NCBI GenBank assembly: GCA_965207885.1
Contig: OZ242311.1
Coordinates: 3,968,001-4,032,000 of the forward strand
DNA from: Candidatus Latescibacterota bacterium
GTDB taxonomy: Bacteria; Latescibacterota; UBA2968
Direction: 5' to 3'
DNA: 64,000 nt
This document shows, piece after piece, positions 1 through 11,606 of this stretch. Both the position numbers and the translations under genes were made by a program. The notes under the pieces were generated by a model. The model saw only the letters and a program-made list of their open reading frames with translations, searched no databases and had not been told where the DNA came from. Every line of letters starts with the position of its first letter. Within the stretch, counting starts at the first letter, position 1.

Positions 1-1988
<1,988 letters not shown>

Positions 1989-3809
1989 TTATTGAAGGGA
2001 AGGATAAATACAATTCGACCTCTCCCGTATTTCAAAGAACCTCTCATCATACTGAGCTTTATACATTTCAGAGAACAGCCCACGTTGATCAATGAGTTGT
2101 GAAACCGTACCCTCCTCTACAAGCTCACCATTCTTTCCAACCACCAGGATTCGATCAGCATCGAGTATTGTTGACAAGCGGTGTGCGATAACCAGCGTGG
2201 TCTTCCCCTTTCTCAACTGCTCCAATGCTGTTTTTACACTTGCTTCTGTAAGGGCATCCAAAGATGCTGTGCCTTCATCTATCAGCAACACATTTGGCCT
2301 TCGAACGAATGCACGTGCAATCGCGATTCTCTGCCGCTCGCCGCCCGACAGAGATTGCCCATTTTCCCCAACAATTGTCTCGTATTGATCCGGGAATTCC
2401 AAAATATCACGATGTATTTGCGCCTGCCCTGAAGCCTTCGTCATTACATCATAAGTTGCACCATTGGGTTCCATTGGGTATAGAATATTTCTTCCAATAG
2501 TTGTATTCCAGAGAAACGGATCTTGCGGGATAAGACATAGATGGTCCCGCACGTACTCAAGAGGCAGCTTAGAAATCTCAAGTTCACCAAGCATGATCTT
2601 TCCTGAATCAGGTTCGTAGAACCGCAGAAGCAAATCAAAAATTGTGCTCTTTCCTCCCCCGCTGGGACCGACGATGCCAATGAATTCTCCCTCCTTTATT
2701 TCAAAAGTCATATTCTTGATTGCGAATCCGCGATTGTATCCAAATGAGACGTTCCTGAAAGCAATATGCACCCTCCTATCAGCGTCAAGTACCGCACCAG
2801 GTCGATCAGCAATTGTCTCCTCCCTTCTCATCTTCAACACATCATTGAGCTTGTCAAAAGAAATCTTGACTCTATGTAGATCTACATAGACAGAGAAAGC
2901 ACCTTTCAGAGCGGCATACGCTCTGGGGACGTACGCCATAAATGCAACCAATGTCCCTATCGACATACTGCCATTCATGATTCCGAATGCCCCAAAACCG
3001 AAAAGAATCCCGATAACGACGCTATTTATAACCTCATTGGGAAAGGCAACAACAATGTGATGAAAAGCAATCGTTTTGAGCTTCAGGGTCTTGTGCTGTC
3101 GCAGCCAATCCTGCCAGAAGCGCCTTTCTCGAGATTCGCCGGAAAGAGATCGCACTGTCTTGATGCCAGCAAATGTCTCCTGGAGAAATCTGTTTCCCCT
3201 CTCTACGTGATCTGAAAAAGGTCTATCCAGAGCTTCGGACTTTCTGGTAAGCTTCCGGGTGATTGCAAATGTAACCGGAACTGCAACCATTGCGACAGCG
3301 GTCAGCCTGTAATCCATCCAGAGCATCATTCCCAAAATACCGAGCAGATTTATCCCGCTATGTGCGAGTGGCAAGACACGTTGAGAGATAAACATCTCAC
3401 CTATTTTCGCTGACTCAATATTTATCCTATAACTGAGGTCAGCGGTCGGTATCTCCTGCAGATCTTCAACCCTTGCACGGATAACGTGCTCAAAAGCAGA
3501 CTTCCTTAATCCTCTTGATACCTGTTCCCCAATCCAGACACGGAGATACTCATGCCCATAAGTTATGGCCAAGCCCAAAAGTGGGATCAGCACGACCCCC
3601 AAAATGCAATAGACACTGAGTTGCATATCTCTATCTGGAATCGCTTGATCAATCAGGATCCTATAGATGACGGGAACAAACAGAGCGGGCACCACAGCGA
3701 TTAGCATTGTTAAGAGAGTCAAAACTACGCGCCACTTTTTTTCTAAGAGCTTCGCCAGCACAATCTTCCCTGTATCTGTAGCTAAGTAATATGAGAGTCC
3801 TGTTAGCAT
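1989..3809 (-). CDS. ABC exporter, fused permease/ATPase (MsbA/MdlB-like)
   Basis: N-terminal TM domain; Walker A GPSGGGKST, signature LSGGERQR, Walker B LLIDEG, H-loop IAHRLS. Start moved to ATG 3809 after GGGGAG RBS. Confidence 0.93.
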   Translation of the reverse strand: MLTGLSYYLATDTGKIVLAKLLEKKWRVVLTLLTMLIAVVPALFVPVIYRILIDQAIPDRDMQLSVYCILGVVLIPLLGLAITYGHEYLRVWIGEQVSRGLRKSAFEHVIRARVEDLQEIPTADLSYRINIESAKIGEMFISQRVLPLAHSGINLLGILGMMLWMDYRLTAVAMVAVPVTFAITRKLTRKSEALDRPFSDHVERGNRFLQETFAGIKTVRSLSGESRERRFWQDWLRQHKTLKLKTIAFHHIVVAFPNEVINSVVIGILFGFGAFGIMNGSMSIGTLVAFMAYVPRAYAALKGAFSVYVDLHRVKISFDKLNDVLKMRREETIADRPGAVLDADRRVHIAFRNVSFGYNRGFAIKNMTFEIKEGEFIGIVGPSGGGKSTIFDLLLRFYEPDSGKIMLGELEISKLPLEYVRDHLCLIPQDPFLWNTTIGRNILYPMEPNGATYDVMTKASGQAQIHRDILEFPDQYETIVGENGQSLSGGERQRIAIARAFVRRPNVLLIDEGTASLDALTEASVKTALEQLRKGKTTLVIAHRLSTILDADRILVVGKNGELVEEGTVSQLIDQRGLFSEMYKAQYDERFFEIRERSNCIYPSLQ

Positions 3810-3869
3810 AATCTCCCCTTTTATCTCTGTTCCTCGGTGTGAAACGCTCAAATGAATTGCTACTACAGT

Positions 3870-4316
3870 TTACCCTCTCCCATACCTCCGCCCCCAGGCC
3901 TCTGCGAGTTGCTTGCGCGCGTGGAACAGCCGCGATTTCACCGTACCCTCTGGAATCGCCAACTGTTCGGCAACTTCTCGAAGCGTCACCTCGTCTTCGT
4001 ACACCATCTGAAACACCTCGCGTTTTTCCTCTGGCAACGCATCAATCAAAGCCTGCAAAATGCGCCGCTGTTCAGCCCGTTCTAATTGTACATCGGGTCC
4101 CAGTGCAGCCCGATCGATCATCCACCCCGGAACGGGTTGCTCTTCATCCTCCTCATCGTAAAGCGAAGGCATTTCAAGAGGCTGTTCGCGGCGGCGACTT
4201 TGGGTTCGCAATTGATTCAGCGACAGATTTCTCGCAATCCGAAACAGCCACCCCCTAAAAGACCCTTGATCCCGCGCCACAATTCGCTGCATCAAAATCG
4301 CGTCCGATGGTGTCAA
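3870..4316 (-). CDS. ECF-type sigma-70 factor with apparent internal deletion of region 2.1-2.2 (possibly defective)
   Basis: SDAILMQRIVARDQ is directly joined to GSFRGWLFRIARN (region 2.3-2.4). Intact region 4 LPEEKREVF...EVAEQLAIPEGTVKSRLFHAR. TTG start at 4316 after AGGAGG. Confidence 0.85.
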   Translation of the reverse strand: MTPSDAILMQRIVARDQGSFRGWLFRIARNLSLNQLRTQSRRREQPLEMPSLYDEEDEEQPVPGWMIDRAALGPDVQLERAEQRRILQALIDALPEEKREVFQMVYEDEVTLREVAEQLAIPEGTVKSRLFHARKQLAEAWGRRYGRG

Positions 4317-4336
4317 AAAATATCCTCCTGTGGGAA

Positions 4337-4364
4337 TCGACACCGCCCAATGCCCGAAGGTTCA
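4337..4364 (-). promoter_or_regulatory. Putative ECF-sigma promoter (TGAACC-N17-GTCGA) upstream of the sigma gene
   Basis: Minus strand reads TGAACC TTCGGGCATTGGGCGGT GTCGA, between a terminator and the sigma RBS; fits the AAC / GTC ECF pattern. Confidence 0.55.
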
Positions 4365-4396
4365 AAAAAAAGCGCAGCCCTTCAGGACTGCGCTTC
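4364..4396 (-). terminator. Rho-independent terminator
   Basis: Minus strand AGCGCAGTCC-TGAA-GGGCTGCGCT followed by a T run. Confidence 0.8.
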
Positions 4397-4420
4397 TATT
4401 ACAGATATGCCTCGTGCCTC

Positions 4421-5368
4421 TCACTCCTCGTCTTCAGGCTGATCTGGCAACAAAAAGACCCCTGTGAAAGGACTGCAGGACACCTCCTCTAAAAACTCGA
4501 CTTCCGCCTCGAATTCGCTCCGAATTGCCAGGCGATCTTCTATATCTTCAACACTGCTCTCGAGCTGTCGATCCATCAACTCAAACACCTTGGCGCGCAC
4601 ATCCTCCCTCATCTTACCCTCTTCAAAGCACCTCTGGCGAAACGCCTCAATCTGTGCCTCCAATGGCAAAAGCGATTCCATATCTAATGCCAGTGCCAGA
4701 ATGAGATTGCGCAGCAATCCGTCATACGTGCGTGCTTCAACAGCCATTTCTACCTCGGTCAGCGCAGCTTTGGGAATAGACCGCAAAAACGCAAGCCGCC
4801 TGAACGCAACCTGATAAGCCTCATAATCGCGCTTTGGATCAACCAACTGGGATTCATCCTCATCATCATCCTGGGGACGCATCCACGTCTCTGGTACCGC
4901 GGTTGCCCAGCGGGCTATCGCGCGATATTCGGACTGCAAAAATTTCACTTCAGGACGCAACAACATCGCCCGGCACATCTGTGCCATTTCTTGCAAACGA
5001 AAAAATGCGATCTCATACCCGCGTTTTCGGCACGCCTCAAAATCTCCTTGTGCGATAATATCCACAGCCTGGTTTAAATCACTCTCTGCACGCGCCTCCA
5101 AACCGAGATCCATAGAAATTAGCGCCTGCCGCACCCCGTGTTCCAAATTCTCACGCCTGATTGCAATCCCTGACCGGTAGCGCTTGCCATAGTGCAAACC
5201 CTGCAAGCGCAAAAAGCCCAAAAGCGCGTCCCCAATATTGGGTGGCAACTTTTCAAAGCGCGTCCCCAATTCAATGACCTGCCCCACAAAACTCTCGGAA
5301 TCAATGCGAAACCGACTCAAATCCAGCGTGGCAAGCGGATTTTGCACAGAACGCTGTTCACTGTTCAT
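4421..5368 (-). CDS. Hypothetical acidic helical protein
   Basis: 315-aa ORF overlapping the upstream gene stop, GGAGAGGAGG RBS; no recognised motif. Confidence 0.75.
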   Translation of the reverse strand: MNSEQRSVQNPLATLDLSRFRIDSESFVGQVIELGTRFEKLPPNIGDALLGFLRLQGLHYGKRYRSGIAIRRENLEHGVRQALISMDLGLEARAESDLNQAVDIIAQGDFEACRKRGYEIAFFRLQEMAQMCRAMLLRPEVKFLQSEYRAIARWATAVPETWMRPQDDDEDESQLVDPKRDYEAYQVAFRRLAFLRSIPKAALTEVEMAVEARTYDGLLRNLILALALDMESLLPLEAQIEAFRQRCFEEGKMREDVRAKVFELMDRQLESSVEDIEDRLAIRSEFEAEVEFLEEVSCSPFTGVFLLPDQPEDEE

Positions 5369-6296
5369 CGTGCCTCCTCTCCCACGCCCCGCGAATGACG
5401 GACCGCATCAAATCGGCATCCGCATCGAAAAGTGCATCCAGAACACCTCCGACAACGGGATCCTCTATTATCGTACTCGGCATTTCACCCACAGCAGCGC
5501 CTTCGGAAAAGAGTTGGTGCCGGTAAACCTGCGCACCCGCAGTCCCCACGACCTCATTCATGCGCATATCCTTTACGTATGGAATCAGGGCTTCTTCGAG
5601 CAACCCGGGATCCACACTGTTCAGCAATTCAGCGCATTTATTGGCGTCCCCCAGCATAGATAGTGCCCGAAGCCATTCAAACGATACCTTTGACCGGACC
5701 TCGGCACTGTCCATAGGCTCTAACGTATCTTCCACAGCGCGCTGAAAAGTACCCGGTGTCATAGCGCGTATCAAATGCGTATTAAACCCCTGCCGCTCCG
5801 GGTCATAATCAATCAGCCCCGTCAACATCTCTGTAGGCAGATGCGCCACCACATCTGTCGAATAGCCCGGATTGCCATCTTCATCCATACCCGTTATCGA
5901 CAGCATATTCTCTGGATCTTCATCCAGAACAACGAGCGCGGCCTGCGCTTCAACCGTCAAAGTCTGCACCAGTGCCCTGGCATCTTCTTTTTTTCCCTCG
6001 CGAAGCAGATCGCGTATCCGGCTGCTCTGCTCTGCCAATTCCATAAATCCAGTTGACCACGCACCGACTACCAATCGGTCTTCACGAACCTCGATGGGTT
6101 TCACTTCGGGTTCTTCTTCATAAACCGCGTTGCCCGTCAAATGAGATTTGAGACGAATCTTCCCCCTTTCTACTTTGTCCTTACACGTCACGCACAGGCG
6201 CGTATAAGGAACGACCTTGAGGCGTTCTTCTGAAATAACCGCCTCGCAAATGACACACCTCACCCCCGTCCCGCCATCGAGCGGCTGTTGTGCCAT
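5358..6296 (-). CDS. TraR/DksA-type C4 zinc-finger protein with uncharacterised helical C-terminal domain
   Basis: CVICEAVISEERLKVVPYTRLCVTCK matches the DksA/TraR zinc finger; start ATG 6296 after GGAGG. Confidence 0.75.
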   Translation of the reverse strand: MAQQPLDGGTGVRCVICEAVISEERLKVVPYTRLCVTCKDKVERGKIRLKSHLTGNAVYEEEPEVKPIEVREDRLVVGAWSTGFMELAEQSSRIRDLLREGKKEDARALVQTLTVEAQAALVVLDEDPENMLSITGMDEDGNPGYSTDVVAHLPTEMLTGLIDYDPERQGFNTHLIRAMTPGTFQRAVEDTLEPMDSAEVRSKVSFEWLRALSMLGDANKCAELLNSVDPGLLEEALIPYVKDMRMNEVVGTAGAQVYRHQLFSEGAAVGEMPSTIIEDPVVGGVLDALFDADADLMRSVIRGAWERRHDEQ

Positions 6297-6429
6297 ATTG
6301 CCCTCCATTGGGGTTTTGAGAACCCTCCGCACACATTGCGGAGACGACAGAATCACAGCGGAGATAAATGTAATCGAATAAACGCGGAATGTCAACTTTT
6401 AACTTACTGTTTATTAAAGATTTACAAAC

Positions 6430-6458
6430 TTGACAAACAAAGCAATATTTGTTATATT
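6430..6458 (+). promoter_or_regulatory. Sigma-70 promoter
   Basis: TTGACA-N17-TATATT with extended -10 TG. Confidence 0.7.
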
Positions 6459-6468
6459 AATACCGTTG

Positions 6469-6505
6469 CCGACAAGATTCGGGTGTAATCTGGTCGGTTT
6501 TTTTT
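6469..6505 (+). terminator. Terminator-like hairpin directly after the promoter (possible attenuator or sRNA end)
   Basis: CCGAC-A-AGATT...AATCT-G-GTCGG followed by T8. Confidence 0.55.
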
Positions 6506-6628
6506 CGTTCCCATTAATGCCTCCCGCAGATATCTACTCAGTTCGGCAAACAAACATAGGCCCATATTCAAACGTTCTCAACATACCTGAGAAAAATTTT
6601 TCCCATTGAAATTTGAGAGATACGCGTA

Positions 6629-8884
6629 ATGAGCAAACGGATATTGTTAACCCTCGCAATAATCGCGCTTTTGGCCTACCCGCTATCTCTTGCATTGCAG
6701 ACCACTACGCCCTCTTCTGACTTTGACGGCAATGGGGTGGTTGACTTTTCTGATTTTTTGCAACTTGTAGCGCATTTTGGCGCACGTCAAGGAGATGGGG
6801 AATACCAGGCAAAGTACGATCTGGATAGTGATGGGTCGATAGACTTTCAAGATTTTGTAATTTTTATCAATGACTTCGGCAAAGTTGCCATCCCGGATGC
6901 CAACCTTCAGGCGGTCATTGCCAAAATTCTTGGCAAAACAAGCGATGCACCCATTACTCCGGACGATATGGTAAAATTGACGCGCCTTGACGCCCCCAAC
7001 AAAGCTATTCGCGATTTGACAGGTCTCGAGTATGCAACGAATCTGACCTGGCTAAATCTTCGTGGCAATACAATCTCGGATATCGCGCCATTGGTAGCAA
7101 ATACGGGATTGGACAAGGACGACTGGGTTTTACTGAATGATAACCCGCTGAGCACCACATCGCTCAATACGCACATTCCCGCTCTATCTGCGAAAGGGGT
7201 TCATGTACGCTTTGGTGATCATCTCACGCTGCCCAACCCTTCTCCAGCTTTTTCGCCATATCCGGTAAGGGATTACACAATTACCCTCCCAATAACTGAT
7301 AGCTTCTCAGGCGACAGGGTCTCACCGCTAAATCCAGAGACAGCCTCTGATCCCGATGTCGTCACCCATGTCTATTACGATGCAGGCAAGATCACTGTTC
7401 CCTCCGGTACCTCAGCCCTCAATTTCATCAACAAAAAGAAGGCATACGCGGCTACATTCACAGAGACAGCAGAGATCGAGGTAACCGGTACGTATGCTGT
7501 AAATATTACAACGTATGGAAATACCGGCGATGTGATGCTGGTCAATAAGGGTATGATCCAAATATCCGAAAGAGGTATAGGATTACGGACAGTTTCGCGC
7601 GGCACTGGAGATTCATACTCAGCTAATTACGGTACGATAAAAATCAATAACTCGACGGATAAAACGCTACGGGGCGTTGCGAGCCAAATCCACAAGAGTG
7701 CCGCACCACACGATGACACACATATCGCCGAAGCCATCAACCTGTCGAACGGCAGTGTTCTCATCACTGGGGACGAAGGCCGGCAAGACGGTCTATTCGT
7801 CGAGTGCGGCGGTCAGTTTGCCCGCTCAATCAACTACGGAACCATTGATGTGGCGGGCGATGACAGCCGCGGAGTGGCAGCACAGACCCTTTGGGGCGCA
7901 GCGCAGACGCATAACACCGGCAGAGTAACGACAAGGGGAAGAATAGGCAGCGATGGTATTCATTCCGAGACCTGTGCTGCCTATTTTGCAGGTGAGGGCT
8001 GCCACCACATACAAGAGGAAATCATAACGCGGCCACATACCAATGCTGCAGGTGCTGCATACGCGCGAAACTACCGCACCGGCGTCATCGAGACAATGGG
8101 AATCCGCAGCCACGGAATTATGGTCGCAGTGAAGGTTTCTGGCCAAGCTTATGGAATCAATGAGGGAACCGTTTCGACGACTGGCGATAGGTCTTCGGGC
8201 ATTTTGGCCTTCGCCTTCTGGGTTCATGGGTTTGAAGTCAGGCCGTTCCACGATCTTCTCGAAAGGCATAGCTCTGAACGAAGTGGTTTTTTCCCGGATC
8301 CCATCGGAGAAACTCGGCTGACCTACGCGGCGAATACCGGCCAAATCACAACACGCGGAGGGGACGCAAGTGGGCTGAGGGCACATCACGGCCTCAGCGG
8401 CAAGATCGAAATCGCCAACTCGGGTCGCATTGAGACGAGCGGTGCCCGCTCTCACGGGATATATGCCCAGGCGTTTGGCCGGGATATTACCGTTGACGAG
8501 GAAACCCGCGTGTATTCATCCGGCGATATCGTCATCGACAACTACGGTGATATCGTCGTGTCCGGCACCAGAGCCAGCGGGATTTTAGCTGAAAGTAAAA
8601 ACTTGCTCTACGACCCCTCGCGCCCGGCGGGTAGCGGCGATATAGAGATTTTCATCGACGGCACCATTATCGCCAGTGGCGACAACGGAATCGGCATCAG
8701 TGCAGAGACTGATACGGGCGACATCACGATTGTTGTCATGGGTTTTATTCGTGCGAATGCTGTCGGAATTCGGGTAAAAACCTCCGGCAGGGTATTGATT
8801 AACCTCATAGGCGGCGCAGTGGATGCGCCAACACCGTGGGAGGTCATCGGTGACAACGAACACAATCAGATTATCGTGAACTAA
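6629..8884 (+). CDS. Secreted mosaic surface protein: dockerin-like EF-hand pair, internalin-like LRR, Gly/Asn-rich beta-helix-like repeats
   Basis: Signal peptide; DFDGNGVVDFSDF / DLDSDGSIDFQDF; IPDANL...LTGLEYATNLTWLNLRGNTISDI; repeated NxGxIxTxGxxSxGI units. Confidence 0.75.
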   Translation: MSKRILLTLAIIALLAYPLSLALQTTTPSSDFDGNGVVDFSDFLQLVAHFGARQGDGEYQAKYDLDSDGSIDFQDFVIFINDFGKVAIPDANLQAVIAKILGKTSDAPITPDDMVKLTRLDAPNKAIRDLTGLEYATNLTWLNLRGNTISDIAPLVANTGLDKDDWVLLNDNPLSTTSLNTHIPALSAKGVHVRFGDHLTLPNPSPAFSPYPVRDYTITLPITDSFSGDRVSPLNPETASDPDVVTHVYYDAGKITVPSGTSALNFINKKKAYAATFTETAEIEVTGTYAVNITTYGNTGDVMLVNKGMIQISERGIGLRTVSRGTGDSYSANYGTIKINNSTDKTLRGVASQIHKSAAPHDDTHIAEAINLSNGSVLITGDEGRQDGLFVECGGQFARSINYGTIDVAGDDSRGVAAQTLWGAAQTHNTGRVTTRGRIGSDGIHSETCAAYFAGEGCHHIQEEIITRPHTNAAGAAYARNYRTGVIETMGIRSHGIMVAVKVSGQAYGINEGTVSTTGDRSSGILAFAFWVHGFEVRPFHDLLERHSSERSGFFPDPIGETRLTYAANTGQITTRGGDASGLRAHHGLSGKIEIANSGRIETSGARSHGIYAQAFGRDITVDEETRVYSSGDIVIDNYGDIVVSGTRASGILAESKNLLYDPSRPAGSGDIEIFIDGTIIASGDNGIGISAETDTGDITIVVMGFIRANAVGIRVKTSGRVLINLIGGAVDAPTPWEVIGDNEHNQIIVN

Positions 8885-9008
8885 TAGTACTGAAAAATTC
8901 ATCGGGAAATTTTTTGTCTGCAGAAGACTGCGCTATCCGGTTTTCTAAATCCCACACCAACTGTCACACGCTCCTGACGCATAGTTTTTGCAATCAATCT
9001 CCCATTTT

Positions 9009-9863
9009 CTATCGGAATAACATACTGATATCCAGTGCTTTAACCGAATGCGTAAGCGCACCCACTGAAATAAGATCCACGCCCGTTTCTGCAATTGCCC
9101 GTACGCTATCTAAGGACACATTACCCGAGGCTTCCAATTCGGGTCTTTTGCCTTTTAATTTTTTCACCTTTTCCACGGCTTCACACATTTCATCCAGGCT
9201 CATATTGTCCAACATCACACGATCCGCACCCAAAACGAGCACCTCATCGAGTTCTGATAGCGTTTCCACCTCCACCTCCACAGGTACTTCTCGATCTTCA
9301 AAATCCATCCCTTTCCACACCGAAAGTAATGCCGGTCCAATACCGTCCGCTGCCTCAATGTGATTCTCCTTCATCAGCACCATATCGAACAACCCCACCC
9401 GATGATTCACACCACCGCCCGCAACAACAGCATATTTGTCTAATAATCGCAATCCCGGAGCAGTCTTGCGCGTATCCAGAATCCGCGTCTGTGTCCCTTT
9501 TACAGCATCTACAAACTGCGCTGTCATCGTTGCAATACCCGACATCCGCTGCAAAAAATTCAGCGCGACGCGCTCGCCCGTCAACAGCCCGCGCGCGGGA
9601 CCAGAAACCTCAGCCAAAATATCGCCATCCACAGCGCGCGCGCCATCTTTCACTCCTGCATTGAATACAATCGCCTCTTCTACCGCTTCAAATACCCATT
9701 GCGCCACATCCAATCCCGCAATCACGCCATCTGCCCTCGCAATAATTTTCGCCTTTGCCTGCTTTGTCAACGGCACAGTCCATTTTGTCGTAATATCCCC
9801 AACCCCCACATCTTCTATCAGTGCCCGCTCAATCACTGGCATGATATCTTTTTTATTCAACAT
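9009..9863 (-). CDS. nadC: Nicotinate-nucleotide diphosphorylase (carboxylating)
   Basis: ERVALNFLQRMSGIAT, DTRKTAPGLR, NHR, KENH, EASG, ISVGALTHS. Confidence 0.97.
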   Translation of the reverse strand: MLNKKDIMPVIERALIEDVGVGDITTKWTVPLTKQAKAKIIARADGVIAGLDVAQWVFEAVEEAIVFNAGVKDGARAVDGDILAEVSGPARGLLTGERVALNFLQRMSGIATMTAQFVDAVKGTQTRILDTRKTAPGLRLLDKYAVVAGGGVNHRVGLFDMVLMKENHIEAADGIGPALLSVWKGMDFEDREVPVEVEVETLSELDEVLVLGADRVMLDNMSLDEMCEAVEKVKKLKGKRPELEASGNVSLDSVRAIAETGVDLISVGALTHSVKALDISMLFR

Positions 9864-9864
9864 T

Positions 9865-10446
9865 TCAAAAGTCCTCGGGTATATCAAACACCACCCCATC
9901 CCTCTTTTTATCGTAAAAAATGATCTTTATATCTATGGATTCCGCTAAATTTTGGGAGCGATAGGTGCTGGGCTTAATAGAATATGGTTCTTCTCCTACA
10001 AAACCATCTATGCCCTGGGATTCTTCGTAAGGTTCTGCCAACCGGTAATCGCAGCCTTTCATCTCGGCCAGTTTTTTCAGAATCGCCTCCTGGAATCTGA
10101 GTCCGGTAAAGGTCTTGACAAGAACCAGATCCTCTACCCATGATCTCACCAAATCCCGATCAATTTTGGGAAACACCACGCTGAAGTTCTCTATCATTGC
10201 AATTATTTTATCTGTCGCATTATCTATCGCATCGGGATATTGTTCTTGATACCAGATAACCCATTCTTCAAAAGTTTGCCCTGGAAATTCTTGAATCAGA
10301 TCGCTCATTTGCCCGACAACTCTTGACCGCGTACCCTGTGAATTTTGATTTGCGAGATTCATCAATTGGGTCGTGTACTTTGGAAATTCGCGGGCAGGTG
10401 CATTCACGTATTCTTGAATCTCAGCATTTTTTAATTTCATTTCCAT
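9865..10446 (-). CDS. MjaI-family type II restriction endonuclease
   Basis: FPKYTTQLMNLANQNSQGTR..VVGQMSDLI and ESQGIDG..SIKP, recalled as MjaI-family; adjacent to a methyltransferase. Confidence 0.8.
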   Translation of the reverse strand: MEMKLKNAEIQEYVNAPAREFPKYTTQLMNLANQNSQGTRSRVVGQMSDLIQEFPGQTFEEWVIWYQEQYPDAIDNATDKIIAMIENFSVVFPKIDRDLVRSWVEDLVLVKTFTGLRFQEAILKKLAEMKGCDYRLAEPYEESQGIDGFVGEEPYSIKPSTYRSQNLAESIDIKIIFYDKKRDGVVFDIPEDF

Positions 10447-10471
10447 CCATAATCCTTTGTGCGATATAGGA

Positions 10472-11599
10472 TCATTGTGTATTTAACAGATCGAGTTGCA
10501 TTTTATTTTTTGTCAAAGATTCTGTATTCCAATTCCGGCCTTGAGCTATATCTTGAGGTTTCTCAGAATATGTGACCTCAAAGATATTATCATCAGACTC
10601 TCGCACCTCTTTTAAGCCATTCAACAAAATGGACTGTTCCTGGCTCGTCACCACGGGACATCCATAATACTTGTTCGTATATTTCAACGGCCCTGACGTC
10701 TGAATACGATCTTCAACAAATTCAAAATGTCTTCTCAACCTATCGCGCAAATAATCATTTGAAAAATCGACAATCTGTCGCGCCATCGGGCAAATCGCAC
10801 TATGAAAACTTTTGTCGATTTCAACGCCAATACTATTGCGCCCAGATGTCATCGTAGCAGCAATTGTGGTACCCATACCCAAAAATGGATCGAGAATCAC
10901 ATCGCCTTTCACAGAGTACATATTGACCAGACGATAGGCCAATTCATAGGGAAACGCGGCACTCCTCAAACGCGACAACTCATCTGAAAGCCTCTGTCCC
11001 GTACCCTTAATATCCATCCATACATCCGAATACCAGATATTTCTCTCCTCCCAAAACAAAGCGCTCTCGCGCCTGTTCTGTTTTTCGCATTCCGTCTTAA
11101 ATTCTCTTTTAGAACCCTTTCGCAAAATCAAAATATACTCGTGTTCCAGAGTCACATAAGCACCCGCGGGCAACATACCCGATCCCATAAATTTATTGGG
11201 GGCATTGGTTTGTTTTCGCCAGAGAATATCGGGCAGAGCTGAAAACCCGATATTTAAGAGATAATTCAATATCCTCGCGTGATTTGGATACAAACAAAAA
11301 TCACTGCCTACCTTCCGCGTCGCATCGCCAATATTGATACAGGCAAATCGACCATCTTTTAAAACTCTGAACACCTCATCCCATACAGAATCGAGAATCT
11401 CATGCATCAACTCATGAGCCAACTTGCCATCCCCGATCTTTAACGCCTTCTGTACCTCCAAATTCTGGCTGCCAAATACATCATCCCACATGCCAATCAT
11501 GGGATACGGCGGCGATGTCACCACCAGATCTACACTCTCTGAAGGGATCTCCTTTAAGTTCCGCGCATCCCGATAAAATATTTGATGGATCGTTTTCAT
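10472..11599 (-). CDS. Site-specific DNA methyltransferase (N4-C/N6-A, beta class)
   Basis: VTSPPY catalytic motif precedes DPFLGMGTT SAM-binding motif. Confidence 0.93.
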   Translation of the reverse strand: MKTIHQIFYRDARNLKEIPSESVDLVVTSPPYPMIGMWDDVFGSQNLEVQKALKIGDGKLAHELMHEILDSVWDEVFRVLKDGRFACINIGDATRKVGSDFCLYPNHARILNYLLNIGFSALPDILWRKQTNAPNKFMGSGMLPAGAYVTLEHEYILILRKGSKREFKTECEKQNRRESALFWEERNIWYSDVWMDIKGTGQRLSDELSRLRSAAFPYELAYRLVNMYSVKGDVILDPFLGMGTTIAATMTSGRNSIGVEIDKSFHSAICPMARQIVDFSNDYLRDRLRRHFEFVEDRIQTSGPLKYTNKYYGCPVVTSQEQSILLNGLKEVRESDDNIFEVTYSEKPQDIAQGRNWNTESLTKNKMQLDLLNTQ

Positions 11600-11606
11600 A
11601 GATCTT

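Noticed and set aside
6719-6860. DFDG sequence as a possible RNAP NADFDGD catalytic motif
   Set aside because: It is the first loop of a dockerin-like EF-hand pair in a secreted protein.
9865-10446. Scarcity of CTAG as evidence for nuclease specificity
   Set aside because: CTAG is rare in many bacteria anyway, counts were not computed, and family membership does not fix specificity.
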